Source of the DNA: Naegleria gruberi
Taxonomy: Eukaryota
Reading direction: 5' to 3' (one strand)
Length of the DNA: 64,000 nt
Assembly (NCBI GenBank): GCA_000004985.1
Contig: GG738849.1
A program made the position numbers and the translations under genes. Position 1 is the first letter of the stretch. Every line of letters starts with the position of its first letter. This document shows positions 21,009-31,637 of the stretch, one piece after another. The notes below the pieces were generated by a model. It saw only the letters and a list, made by a program, of their open reading frames with translations. It was not told where the DNA came from and did not search any database.

Positions 21009-24000
21009 ATGTCTCAAAAACATCAACAGCATCAACAACCTCTCGCTCAAATTTCCATTCCCAGCAAATCGACACTCTACGCAACAGCCATCAAACAAAA
21101 TTCATCATCATCAAGAAATCCGAATATTGGCCAAAATGTTGCTGCTTCTTCTTCTTCATCATCAATTGTTGTAACACCTTCCACTCCATCAACTCCTTCA
21201 GCAAGTCCGAATTCATCAGCATCATCACTTGTTTTATCGGTGAGACCACTCTCTATTAATCAATGTGAATTGTCTAGTAGTAGTAGCTGTGGTAGTATTG
21301 GAGGAGTAGTTGGAGGAGGAGTTGGAGATTGTTTAAAAGAATTAATTAAACAATCGTCAATGAAATCAAATTCTTCGGTTTATGAAAATAATTACAAAAA
21401 GTTGGAAAATGATTTAAATGATATTTCATTTCTTGATTTGATTGAATGTAAATTGAATTGGTTGAAGGAAAAGAAGTTTTTTGATCATTATAATATATGT
21501 CAGGTTGTGGATTTAGTGTCAATGCCTCATTTGGATTCACATTTCAAGTACAAGACAAAGATTAGATTTTCCAGTGATGAATCGTCGAGTAATGTAGTGT
21601 TTGATCCATTTACTTGCTTTTTTGTGAGTTTGGAGAATAGAACTACACTTAGGAATGAAGTGGATTTTTGTAAAAAAGAAGGAAAGAGAGTGAGTGATGA
21701 TAGAGTTTACAAAATTGCTTCTCAATTGATGAGTACTGTACATTTTATGCACATGTTTGGGATTTTTCACACCATGTTATGTCCTGAATTGATTTGTATA
21801 GCTGATAATGTAGGTTTTTTATTGGAATAATTGATCATTTAATTCGAATTATAGGGTGATATCAAAGTGAAAGATGCCTTTTATTATCATATGGTTGTTT
21901 GGATTAATTCATCCCTTCAGACTCCCAATGTCTTCTTGAAGGAAGCTCGAGATTTTGAATTGTTTGTTCCATATTTGGCTCCTGAATTGTTTTCTTTGGC
22001 TTGCTATGAGGAGAATTATTTTCAAGATGTAAATAACAAGTGCGATATCTGGTCAATTGGTGTAATTTTATTGGAATTTATTTTAGGTAATAGAATACCA
22101 TTTCCTACACGTTTAGATACTAAGGATAAAACAAAAGAGGAATGGATTGAGTCGGCAATGAATATTTATTTGGATATTTTTGATTTTGTAGATTATTGTA
22201 AATATAGGGAGAATGTAGAAGAAACTGAAACTGAAACTCCAGACGATGCCAAATATAAGAATGCATGGAAGAGAATTCAAAGATTGGACAAATCACTCAG
22301 AGATTTATTATTCCACTGTTTGGCATTCAGACCAAGTGAAAGACCTGATATGGATTGGCTCATTGAGCAACCTTATTTCCAAACCATTTCAAAGGAACGA
22401 TTGGCTCACTACTCGTATAGAATTGCCAAATATCCACACCTGAAGAGTTTGGATGAAAAACCTCTAATTACCAATAAGAAGGAAGTTTCCATCACCTCTG
22501 GTACTCTCTCACCACTCCAGGAAAGACAAAACATGTTCAAGCAAAAGTACTTTGATTGGAAAAAGCTCTACGATGGAAAAATTAGTATATTCGATTTGTT
22601 TTACAGGAGAATATTTGACATGTCCATTGTACCTCACTTTTTCAGATATAATAAGAATTGTCCAGGTGATAAACTTCACATGAGCTATGCCAGCATCTCA
22701 CAAGCTCATGTCGATAGTTACCTATTGATTCCAATGAGCTACCTCGAGGAAGCTCTCACTCACATCAAACTCTACAATAATGATGCTCTGGGAATTAGAT
22801 CTGATACACCCGAAACACCAATCGACTCTCCAACAACAGTGGATGATCGATTGTATCCCTCACTCGTTCACGTCTCTGGTGATATTGGAAAGAAGAGAAG
22901 TCTCTACAATAAGGAAAACATTATGAATGGAAATACCAATACTTGGAATAGATTTTCTGCACTCATCACTGAGAAGGATATGAACTTTGCCTATCAGCAA
23001 AAGAGAGTTCACACCTTTAGAAAATTACTTCTCAGTTATCCATCGAGTAGGGAGGAGATTATCAGAGAGGCCAAGATTGATATTCCCTCAATTCTTAGAG
23101 GAGAAGTTTGGGCTGCCATCTTGGGAGTTGAAGAAGATTTGAAAGCTGAGGATATTTATACTAAAATTCTATTCGAATTACAAAAGCAACCACTCTCAAA
23201 TGTTACAAAACGACAAATTGGAGTAGATGTGCCCAGATGTCACCAATATAATCCACTTCTCCATTCCAAGATTGGTCATGAAAAATTGAGGAAAGTTCTC
23301 GAAGCATGGGTCTATTATCATAAGAATGAAGGACTCGTTTATTGGCAAGGTCTGGATTCATTGTGTGCTCCTCTCCTTGTGTTGAATTTTGACTTTGAAG
23401 CAAAGGCATTCTGTTGCCTTAAAGCCCTCGTCAATAAGTATACTCACGATTTTTTCACATCGAGAGCCAACTCAACTGCCATGGAAGAGAGATTGTCAGT
23501 ATTTAAAAAGTTGCACATGTATCATGATCCAGAGGTTGCCTCTCATTTGCATCACATTTCATTCCTTCCAGAATTGTATGCTATCAGTTGGTTCCTCACA
23601 CTCTTTGCTCACTCATTGCCAATTGAAAAATTATTCAAATTGTGGGATGCTCTCATTCTTGGAACACCTGAATTACCTGTTTTCATTGCAGTTGCCATTC
23701 TCAAACAAATGAGAAATAAGATTCTCGAATCGGATTTCAACAGTGCCATGTATCTATTCCAGAATATTCAAGGTGTTGACATTATTCAAGTATTGGACGA
23801 TACGAGAAGAATTCAAGAAAAGTCTCCAAGTGGTCTCACCAATCCAAAATTCTTCCAATCCAATCATTCTTTCCGTATCTCAATTGATGATTACAATAGA
23901 GAGTGTTTCTATCCGAGAATTACATTGGAAGATTTTGAAAATTCAACACTTTCGTCCATTTCTTTCATTGTGGACATTCGACCAATTGAGGATTACAAAC

Positions 24001-24347
24001 TAGATCACTATCCTTCAGCCAACCACATTTCCACTTTTATTTCCAACGATGAAGAATCACTCAATCTCTCTGCAAACAACCTATTCCAACACAATCTCAC
24101 TCAACTCACAACTGAACTCAACTTTAAGAAAGGTCTTGCCATCGTTGTAATGGCCCATTTGAATCAAACAGATCAATTACTCCAATTAGAACATGCCTTA
24201 ATGTTAGAATCGATACCATACGTTTCTATAGTCCTATTACATCCTCCAGAAAGTAGCGAATCATTGTCAACAGAGTACTCTGATCCAATCAGAGAACAAA
24301 CTCAAAATTCTGAACAAATTGCAATTGTTCAAGAAATTGGAAATTAA
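21009..24347 (+). CDS. tbck: TBC domain-containing protein kinase-like protein (TBCK: pseudokinase + Rab-GAP TBC + rhodanese). Two exons: 21009..21809, 21855..24347.
   Basis: The kinase-like domain (HFMHMFGIFHTMLCPELICIADN|GDIKV...YLAPELF...DIWSIGVILLEF) is split by a 45-nt intron GTAGGT...TTATAG. The TBC domain has the Arg finger IGVDVPRCHQY and the Gln finger YWQGLDSLCAPLL. The C-terminal rhodanese-like domain is ISFIVDIRPIEDYKLDHYPSANHIS. The first ATG with a poly-A context is at 21009. The upstream part of the track ORF is AT-rich promoter-like sequence. Confidence 0.85.
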
Positions 24348-24361
24348 ATTTACAAAAAAAA

Positions 24362-25555
24362 ATGAAACGATTTCAAGCTAGAAAGTTGGGCGCAATTTTT
24401 CCATTTTCTGCTTCTTCTTCTTCCAATAAATTGATAATGAAGAAGGAAATGATGAATAAATTAAATTCAAGTGAGAATTGTGTGATGGCTGCTGTTCCGA
24501 AATTAAATAATAATAGTAGTAATTATCATTATCATTATCATCAGCAGTTGCATTGGATGTTTTGGGAATTAAATAGTGTGCAGGGAAGTGTTAGGAATTA
24601 TGCAAAGAGTTTGAAGAAGAAATCAACAAGTAAAATAATAGTGAATAATCAAAAGTTGATGGAGAAGGAGAGAATAATTGAGGATTCAGTGAATGAGGAG
24701 GAAGAATCAGAGGAGGCCAATGTTGCACCATCAGTGATAATGGATGAAAAGACAATGGATGAAGAAGTGGAAAGGAATTCAAAATTGCAAACTCCACCTG
24801 GTTTGTATATTATTGCCACTCCGATTGGTAATTTGAATGATATTTCAGAGAGGGCTAAATTTGTGTTATCTCAATCGAATATGATTGCTTGTGAAGATAC
24901 GAGAACGACAAGGAAATTACTTCATTTTCATTCGTTGATTTCGGATCCTCCTCAGCAATTGATTAGTTTTGTGGAAAATAAGAATGCATCTGAGGTTTAT
25001 AGTCAATCTAAAAAGCATTTGAGCTTAATTTTGAATCGATTGACTAGCTCAAGTGATGTAGTATCGGTGGTTAGTGAATGTGGAAGTCCTTGTATTTCAG
25101 ATCCTGGTTGGATTCTAGTTAAGAATTGGTATGTGAAATATTTGAAAATTATATTAATTTTAAATAGTCATGAATTAGGAGTTCCTGTTTATTCAGTACC
25201 TGGTCCTAGCTCTATAATTGCAGCATTATCAATTAGTGGTTTCAATAGTAATAGATTTATTTTTGACGGCTTCTTACCAGCCATTCCAAAGAAGAGAAGG
25301 AAGTTGTTACAAGAACTTAGGGAAATACAAGGAAATCGTTGTGTTGTATTCTTTGAAAATCCAAACAGAATTAAGCAAACTTTAGCAGATTGTGTTGAAA
25401 TTTTTGGAGGTGATACACAAATTGCTCTTTGTTTTGAATTAACCAAACTCTTTGAGAGAATTCAAAAGGGAAAACTTTCAACAATTGAACGAGTAATGCG
25501 AAATGAAGATATTAAGGGTGAATGTACGATCATTATTGGCAACAATTCAGAATAG
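24362..25555 (+). CDS. RsmI-type tetrapyrrole-methylase-family rRNA 2'-O-methyltransferase, probably organellar. Two exons: 24362..25128, 25168..25555.
   Basis: LYIIATPIGNLNDISERAKFVLSQSNMIACEDTRTTRKLLHFH matches the RsmI N-terminal motif (LYLVATPIGNLEDIT...AEDTR). SDPGWILVKN|CHELGVPVYSVPGPSSIIAALSISGFNSNRFIFDGFLP matches the DPGY..VR.....GI.VVP.PGP...AL..SGLP.DRF block only after removing the 39-nt in-frame intron GTATGT...AAATAG. A basic, Ser-rich N-terminal extension of about 150 aa is presequence-like. Confidence 0.8.
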   Translation: MKRFQARKLGAIFPFSASSSSNKLIMKKEMMNKLNSSENCVMAAVPKLNNNSSNYHYHYHQQLHWMFWELNSVQGSVRNYAKSLKKKSTSKIIVNNQKLMEKERIIEDSVNEEEESEEANVAPSVIMDEKTMDEEVERNSKLQTPPGLYIIATPIGNLNDISERAKFVLSQSNMIACEDTRTTRKLLHFHSLISDPPQQLISFVENKNASEVYSQSKKHLSLILNRLTSSSDVVSVVSECGSPCISDPGWILVKNWYVKYLKIILILNSHELGVPVYSVPGPSSIIAALSISGFNSNRFIFDGFLPAIPKKRRKLLQELREIQGNRCVVFFENPNRIKQTLADCVEIFGGDTQIALCFELTKLFERIQKGKLSTIERVMRNEDIKGECTIIIGNNSE

Positions 25556-25610
25556 TAAACTCTTTATTTACAACAAAAGTCACAATATTTTGAGATTATT
25601 CCACACAAGC

Positions 25611-27694
25611 TCAAGAAATCCAAAGTTTGTACATGGCAGAAACAATATAGAATCCAATACATAAAATTGTTGGGGTTGGAATCAATGGCAAAGTGAATAG
25701 TCTATAATTTACACCCATCATTACTTCCAGACCTAACGAACAAATGAAGAGAAAGACTACATTAATCATCAAGGCAATACCAAGCTTTTTCATTTTAGGT
25801 CTTTTAGCAGGAGGAGTAAACATGGTACAGAATCGTTTCAGAATAAATCCAAACATTAAACATGTTGCAACGTGCATGATGGCAATTAAAACATGCATAC
25901 CAATAACAATATATGAAATTGTAGCTGCCAATCCATCCTCATCATCAGGTGAAGCATCTGCTTTTTGGCTGTAGTGAAGTAAAACAAAAGCTCCTCCAAT
26001 CAGTAAACAGAAAAATAAGTGAAGAGCCGTATTGATAATATTTCTAATAATTAATTGTCTTCTATTTCCTCCCAATGCTGCAGTTAATGTTATTGTTTGA
26101 GAAATCCAAGAGACAACCTATTGAAAAAATTAAGCTTGAATATTAAATAATATCAACTTACTGTAATTAGAATGAAAGCAATTAGGAAAGGTGACATTAT
26201 AAAGGAATAGTTATTTACAATTCTCTTAAAAGCATAGAATTTGATATTCTCAATGCCAGGAGTATCATCCATCAAATATTTGGCAGATAATGGGAATATA
26301 CAGGAAAGATTAACCATAAAGAAGAATCCAGTCAAGCCAAATATGAAAATTAATCCAATAAGGATGACCAATACTCCTTGAACAGTTTGTCTTGATTTGA
26401 GTTTAAATCTCAAATAGGCCTTTGTAAATTGTTGAAATAATACAATAATACCACAAAACAGTGGTGGATATAAAAATGCAAAAGGTAATATCCAGTATCC
26501 ATCGATTGCGTTAGGATCGTCCATTGATACGGAAAACATGTCGAAATTCATTTTGATTAGTTGTAATATGAGACAGAGAGTGGCAGAGGCTGTGGAAATT
26601 GGCACTCCCAAAAAGAATGTGAAATAATATTGAGTATTGTGACACATTTCATACATGTTTTCCAATTTTTCTCTTCCCTTGTTATGAGTTTCTAATTGTT
26701 TGGTTGCTGTTGAAACAAAATTGTTCAATTTTTGGAAGCAAAGCTTGTAGAATGAGCAAATATATGGTGCATGTAAAAGAGTGTAAAACTCTCTTTCATA
26801 TCTATTAATTTCACTTGTACCAATACTACTAACTGCCTTATCTCCCAAAATATTCCTCAAATTATAGTGATTTTGTTTGAATTTATCCTCCAACTCTTCC
26901 TCAATTTCTCCCTCGATTCTAATTTTAATTTCCTTTCTCTTTTCATCCTCAACCTCACCCTCAAATCTTGTACTATCATTATTATTAGGATTTGGATCAA
27001 AGAGTGGAATGTAAAATCTACTCTGAAGGGATTCTAATAAATTCTCCTTTTTATCAATCTCTGGTAAGTATTTCGAACCTTGGAATGAGGAAAAGATGAA
27101 TTTGGAATGTTTTGATGGAAACAATTGTTTAAGAAAGAATTTCTCCCACAAAATATTCTGTTGAGAGAGGAATAGCCACTCCTTTGAGACTTGAGAAATG
27201 GACATGATCAGAGATTCATAAGGCAAGAATGAAAATACAATAAGGAGAACATCTCTAGGTATTTGCTCCCATTGAGAAGGTACACTATATTCAGAAGTTC
27301 TATCAGGATTTACATTGAATCCATAAATTGAGTACAAGACATGATGATTGAAAACACCAATAGCTCTCGAAGAAGAAACTTGTGTTGCCTCATCATCATT
27401 TGTTTCCAATAATTCATCCATTTCATCACTTGATAATTGTTCATCAAAGGCATTACCACGAGGAGAAGTCATCATTCTCTTTCCCGATATCAATTCAATC
27501 AAACCGTTAAATACATTTCCCAAACTAAATTCTCCATTGTTATTAGCAATACTACGATTGTTGTTATGATTACTACTGTGGTGACGAGTGTTGCTTCTAT
27601 GTACAATTAGATTTGTCGTTCCGTCATCGTTTAATTGTTCCTCTTCTTCGGCATGGTGGTGCTGATCATCATTGCCCAAAGAACGTAAAGACAT
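25611..27694 (-). CDS. F-box protein with a C-terminal multipass transmembrane domain. Two exons: 26162..27694, 25611..26117.
   Basis: True ATG at 27692-27694. F-box IPRDVLLIVFSFLPYESLIMSISQVSKEWLFL. The C-terminal about 250 aa hold at least six hydrophobic helices. A 44-nt intron GTAAGT...TCAATAG (26118..26161) joins the two track ORFs in frame (…ILIT|VVSWISQ…). Confidence 0.65.
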
Positions 27695-27865
27695 TTTTTG
27701 ATTTTTAATAAATTGTAAGGTTTTCGTTTTGTTCTGTTATTGTGTTCCTTCTAAAATAGAGTTCTAATTCTTGTTTTTTATTGTTGTTCTAATAAGCAAT
27801 CTTAATTTTAATAGTTTAAATAACAAATATTTGTAACAAGTTAAAAAAACAGATATCTTTAGAAC

Positions 27866-28273
27866 ATGACTGATTCTCTTCCTCCAATTCCTTCCTTGAA
27901 TTTTGTTTATCATCTCGTATCGGAGAGTGCCTATTTGAAAGATGTACAAGAACACAACGGTCAATATTTCAATGGTGATAAGAGGGATGGCTTTCTTCAC
28001 ATGTCCATTGCTTCCGAAGTTGAAAAGAGTTGCAAATTGTATATGCACTCTGTAAAGGATTTGATAATATTAAAGATTGATATCAAGAGTTTGGAAGCTA
28101 GAGTTTCAAGTTCAACTGTTGTTGAGAAGATTGCCTACGATTGGGTTCCTGCAAGAAGTAATTATTTTCCTCATCTCTATGGATTATTACCAGTCGAGTG
28201 TATTGTAGATAGAATTTCCGTGCCAGTCGTTCAAGATGAACACTCTTTTGATGGTATTCACTTGGATAATTAA
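27866..28273 (+). CDS. DUF952-family small protein (135 aa).
   Basis: YHLVSESAY...DGFLHMSIASEV...LIILKIDIKSLEARV...NYFPHLYGLLPVECIV matches the DUF952 consensus (YHI..W...EGFIHCS...L.LL.ID...L...V..E....FPHIYGPL). Single exon, ATG start. Confidence 0.7.
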   Translation: MTDSLPPIPSLNFVYHLVSESAYLKDVQEHNGQYFNGDKRDGFLHMSIASEVEKSCKLYMHSVKDLIILKIDIKSLEARVSSSTVVEKIAYDWVPARSNYFPHLYGLLPVECIVDRISVPVVQDEHSFDGIHLDN

Positions 28274-28578
28274 ACTCTTCTATTGTTCAAAAAGCTTTTG
28301 AAAAATTCTTTCGTCAGGAGTATTTAATTCTACCATCAAAATATTGTCGGCAAAATTTCATATTAATAATATTCCATCTTTAAATCTTCATCTTTTAGTT
28401 AATATTTTCTACATATTCTTATTGTTGTTGTGTGTTTTGTTTTATTGGAGAGTGAATTCTATCATCTTTATTCAACTTAGAAAGGCGCCTTTTATGTGCT
28501 TTGTAACAGTGGTGGTTGACTCTGCCCATATTTGCCTATTTTTGGGGCCATACAATTTTGTTTTAATTAAATAAAAAA

Positions 28579-28941
28579 ATGTTGAACAGATTCGCTAAGA
28601 AGACTGCCCAAAGCGTTATTCAAACTTCTTCTAACACTTCTAGATCCCTCCACACAAATCCAGTCTATGACTACAAGGGTGCTTGGAAGACATACAAGGG
28701 TGCTAAGATGCAAGCTTTCGCTTTAGGTCTTGTTGCTTGTGTTCTTGGTCCTCTCTGGGTCTGGAAGGCTGAACACGACGATATTAGAACCGTCTACGTT
28801 TTCGATGGTAAACCAGTTTTCGCCAAGTTGAGACCAAAGTTGTACGCTTGGAAGAGTGATTGTCTCGATTGTGGTCTCTTCGATAAGGACTGTGCTGCTA
28901 TGTGTAAGCAAATTCAAGATGCCAAGAAGAAGGGTCTCTAA
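28579..28941 (+). CDS. Small mitochondrial-type single-pass membrane protein (120 aa). The family is not assigned.
   Basis: Presequence-like N-terminus MLNRFAKKTAQSVIQTSSNTSRSLHT. One TM helix MQAFALGLVACVLGPLWVW. A C-terminal Cys cluster CLDCGLFDKDCAAMC. Coding-like composition in AT-rich flanks. Confidence 0.5.
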   Translation: MLNRFAKKTAQSVIQTSSNTSRSLHTNPVYDYKGAWKTYKGAKMQAFALGLVACVLGPLWVWKAEHDDIRTVYVFDGKPVFAKLRPKLYAWKSDCLDCGLFDKDCAAMCKQIQDAKKKGL

Positions 28942-29054
28942 ATTAAAATATTATCATCATCATCCGAATGAAATAACATTTTTTAAAATTGTAACTTTAA
29001 ATTAGGGATTTTTAAATTAAAGGCGCCACTATTAGGTTTTTTGAAAAGACAATT

Positions 29055-31637
29055 TTATTGTAAATTTAAAACCATTCTCTTCTTATCTGCCTTCTTTCTT
29101 CTATCGTGATTAGCACTTTTGGCCTTGTTTTCTCCTTTTTGTTTGAAGTTATTGTTGTTTCCGCCACGTTGTTGTTCATTTGGTGAGGAAGTAGTATCAC
29201 TGTTGTTATCTTGACTAGTTGTAGCACTGTTGGTAACAACCTTGTTAGTGGCAGTAGCAGTTGGTTGTTTGCTTACTTGCTTCGAGGCATCATTTGAACC
29301 TTGGTTGGATGTATCTGCAGATTGTTGTTTGGATTGTTGATGAGTGCTCACTTGATGATAGCCTCCACCTCTCTTTCCTCTATTAGCTGTTGATCCTCCT
29401 CTGTTGTTATTGTTGTTTTGATTTCTTTGAGGTTTGGAATTGGATTCGATACCAGCAGCGTTAGCATTATTTGAGGAGGATTGAGAAGTATTTGGAGTTG
29501 AGGCAGATTGATTATTGTTGTTTGATTGTTGTTGGTGATGTTTGTTTCTATTTGGATTACCTTGTTGCTTATTGCCTTGTTGCTGCTTATTCTCTTGTTG
29601 TTGCTGTTGTTGTTGAGGAGGCTTATTCTCTATTGTTTGTGGCTTTTCTTCACCATGGTGGTGTTGATGATTTGGATTACTATTGTAAGCCTTTGGAACC
29701 TTAATCTTGTTAAAGTTTTCGTCTTCATGTTCACCTTCAGTTGTGACAGCCATCACACTATCATATGAATCATCATATTCATCATCGTAGGCATATTCGA
29801 GGAGAATACGTTGCTTGATAGTTTCGTCTGTTTCATTAAAGTTGGTTCTATTGTCCTTCTTTTTACCAATTCTGACCGATGCGAAAAAGTCAGTATCCAT
29901 CCAGACAGTTGGTGAAACAATTGGTGAGGCAGGTTCGTAAGAGGATGATGATGATCCACTTGTTGAGCCAGTATTGAGAAGAGATGAAGGTGGCTTACTT
30001 CCAGTATTTGTTGGAGCCTTATAGGATTTGAGTGACAATTTGTTGTCCATCTTCTTCAAGTGCAATGGCAATTGATTATCCATGAGGGCATTTGTAGTGT
30101 TGGTAATATCATTATTGAAATGATCGAGACATGCTTGTAAGAATCCATTTCCATAATCTGGGAAGAATGATTTGAGTTGTTTGAGCATTTCTGTTAGAGC
30201 TGGTTCATCTTCACTGTTGGTTGATCCCTCTGTTTGAGCATTTTCAGATAATTTAGTGAAAATAGTTGTTGAAATATTATAGACAGAAGAGACACTACTC
30301 AGTAAAGCATTTCCCAAAATAACTTGTTCTAACCACTTTCCTAAACCATATAACTTGTCATATTGATAGATTACATAGTTGAATTTAGTTTGATCCTTAG
30401 CTTGGAATTTGAAAAATCCTTGTAAAATGTCCAATAATTCCAAAACAATTCCTGTTGCTTGTCTTGTAAGTTGCTTGTCAAGAGTAAATTTACACAAGAG
30501 TTCGAGTTTAGATTTTGGAATTTGTTCCTTCTTGAATGATGATTCAAAATATCTAGTGTACAATGTTTCCATATGACTTGTTGTTGATCTATTTGAATGA
30601 GTTTCTCCAGTAATTAAATCTTCAATATTTCTCATATAGTATTCTCTAAACAAAACATGAAGAATAGAAACAATATTAAGTTTGACTTGTCTGCATACAA
30701 ATCTATAATCAGGGTCATCACCAATAATACTCAAAAGTTGGGGTATAATCTTATCGTGACATTCCATCAAAAGATTAGGGAATTGATAATTGACAGGAGT
30801 TTTGGTTTCTCTAGTGTCAACCATGAAAGCATAGGACGCCAGTGGGAAAACATCAAGGAGGGATCTTATGGTAAATGTAGAATCGTATAAATAGTAAATT
30901 AACTTTCTAATTTGATGACAATCAGATTTTGAGTTTGAAGTCACCTTGTTTGAGGCATCAAACAAATCTCTCCACGTAACACAAATACTATTCAAAACAT
31001 GTTCATTGAGTTCGTGCATATAATTTGGTGAAGAGAGGAAAATTCTGGAAAGTAACTCGGTGGTAAGCATTGAATTAGGATATCCATAAAGTGAAGAGAG
31101 ATCAAATATTTTACCAACATCTAGTAAATGCTTTTCACAAATGACAAACCCAGCATCTAACCATTCTTCACGATTTACATTATTCAAGTCTGTTGGATGT
31201 GAAATGTCAATATTTCCCTTTCCATGTAAATTAAAGTTCATAAATAATCTATAGTAAATCATGAAGAGACGTCTATATATTTTGATTTCCTCACGTTGTT
31301 CATTCCTTGGACAATTTTCATTGATTTGATTAAATCCAATATCAAAAGGTCTCGGAAACAATCTAAATACACTTTCTAAGCTTCTCTTGAGAGAGGTATC
31401 ATTCAACATGAGCACCCAAAAATCATGATCATTACAAGTTAACAATTTATGATAATCTCTATTCAAAATTTTTAAACATTCAATTCTAGTTATTCTCTTA
31501 TCAGATGCCAACAATGGATTTAAACGATCCATGAACGGAATCATTTCCAATCCTTGTCCCTTTCCTAAAGAATAATAATTCTCTAGCCTAGTATGTAATT
31601 GAGTAAAGGATTGAACATCAATGGGAGTATTGTTCAT
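29055..31637 (-). CDS. ascc2: Activating signal cointegrator 1 complex subunit 2 (ASCC2)-like protein with a CUE domain and a poly-Q/N C-terminal region.
   Basis: CUE domain LTEMLKQLKSFFPDYGNGFLQACLDHFNNDITNTTNALMDNQLP. The acidic Tyr/Asp motif YAYDDEYDDSYDSV and the C-terminal basic tail ANHDRRKKADKKRMV both match human ASCC2 landmarks in the same order. True ATG at 31635-31637 (MNNTPID); the track start is a TTG. The poly-Q tract is at about 29575-29640. Confidence 0.8.
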   Translation of the reverse strand: MNNTPIDVQSFTQLHTRLENYYSLGKGQGLEMIPFMDRLNPLLASDKRITRIECLKILNRDYHKLLTCNDHDFWVLMLNDTSLKRSLESVFRLFPRPFDIGFNQINENCPRNEQREEIKIYRRLFMIYYRLFMNFNLHGKGNIDISHPTDLNNVNREEWLDAGFVICEKHLLDVGKIFDLSSLYGYPNSMLTTELLSRIFLSSPNYMHELNEHVLNSICVTWRDLFDASNKVTSNSKSDCHQIRKLIYYLYDSTFTIRSLLDVFPLASYAFMVDTRETKTPVNYQFPNLLMECHDKIIPQLLSIIGDDPDYRFVCRQVKLNIVSILHVLFREYYMRNIEDLITGETHSNRSTTSHMETLYTRYFESSFKKEQIPKSKLELLCKFTLDKQLTRQATGIVLELLDILQGFFKFQAKDQTKFNYVIYQYDKLYGLGKWLEQVILGNALLSSVSSVYNISTTIFTKLSENAQTEGSTNSEDEPALTEMLKQLKSFFPDYGNGFLQACLDHFNNDITNTTNALMDNQLPLHLKKMDNKLSLKSYKAPTNTGSKPPSSLLNTGSTSGSSSSSYEPASPIVSPTVWMDTDFFASVRIGKKKDNRTNFNETDETIKQRILLEYAYDDEYDDSYDSVMAVTTEGEHEDENFNKIKVPKAYNSNPNHQHHHGEEKPQTIENKPPQQQQQQQENKQQQGNKQQGNPNRNKHHQQQSNNNNQSASTPNTSQSSSNNANAAGIESNSKPQRNQNNNNNRGGSTANRGKRGGGYHQVSTHQQSKQQSADTSNQGSNDASKQVSKQPTATATNKVVTNSATTSQDNNSDTTSSPNEQQRGGNNNNFKQKGENKAKSANHDRRKKADKKRMVLNLQ

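Noticed and set aside
29471-29768. Track ORFs 29471..29704 and 29526..29768 (plus strand), poly-Leu/Val peptides.
   Set aside because: Antisense reading of the CAA/CAG poly-Q tract of ASCC2.
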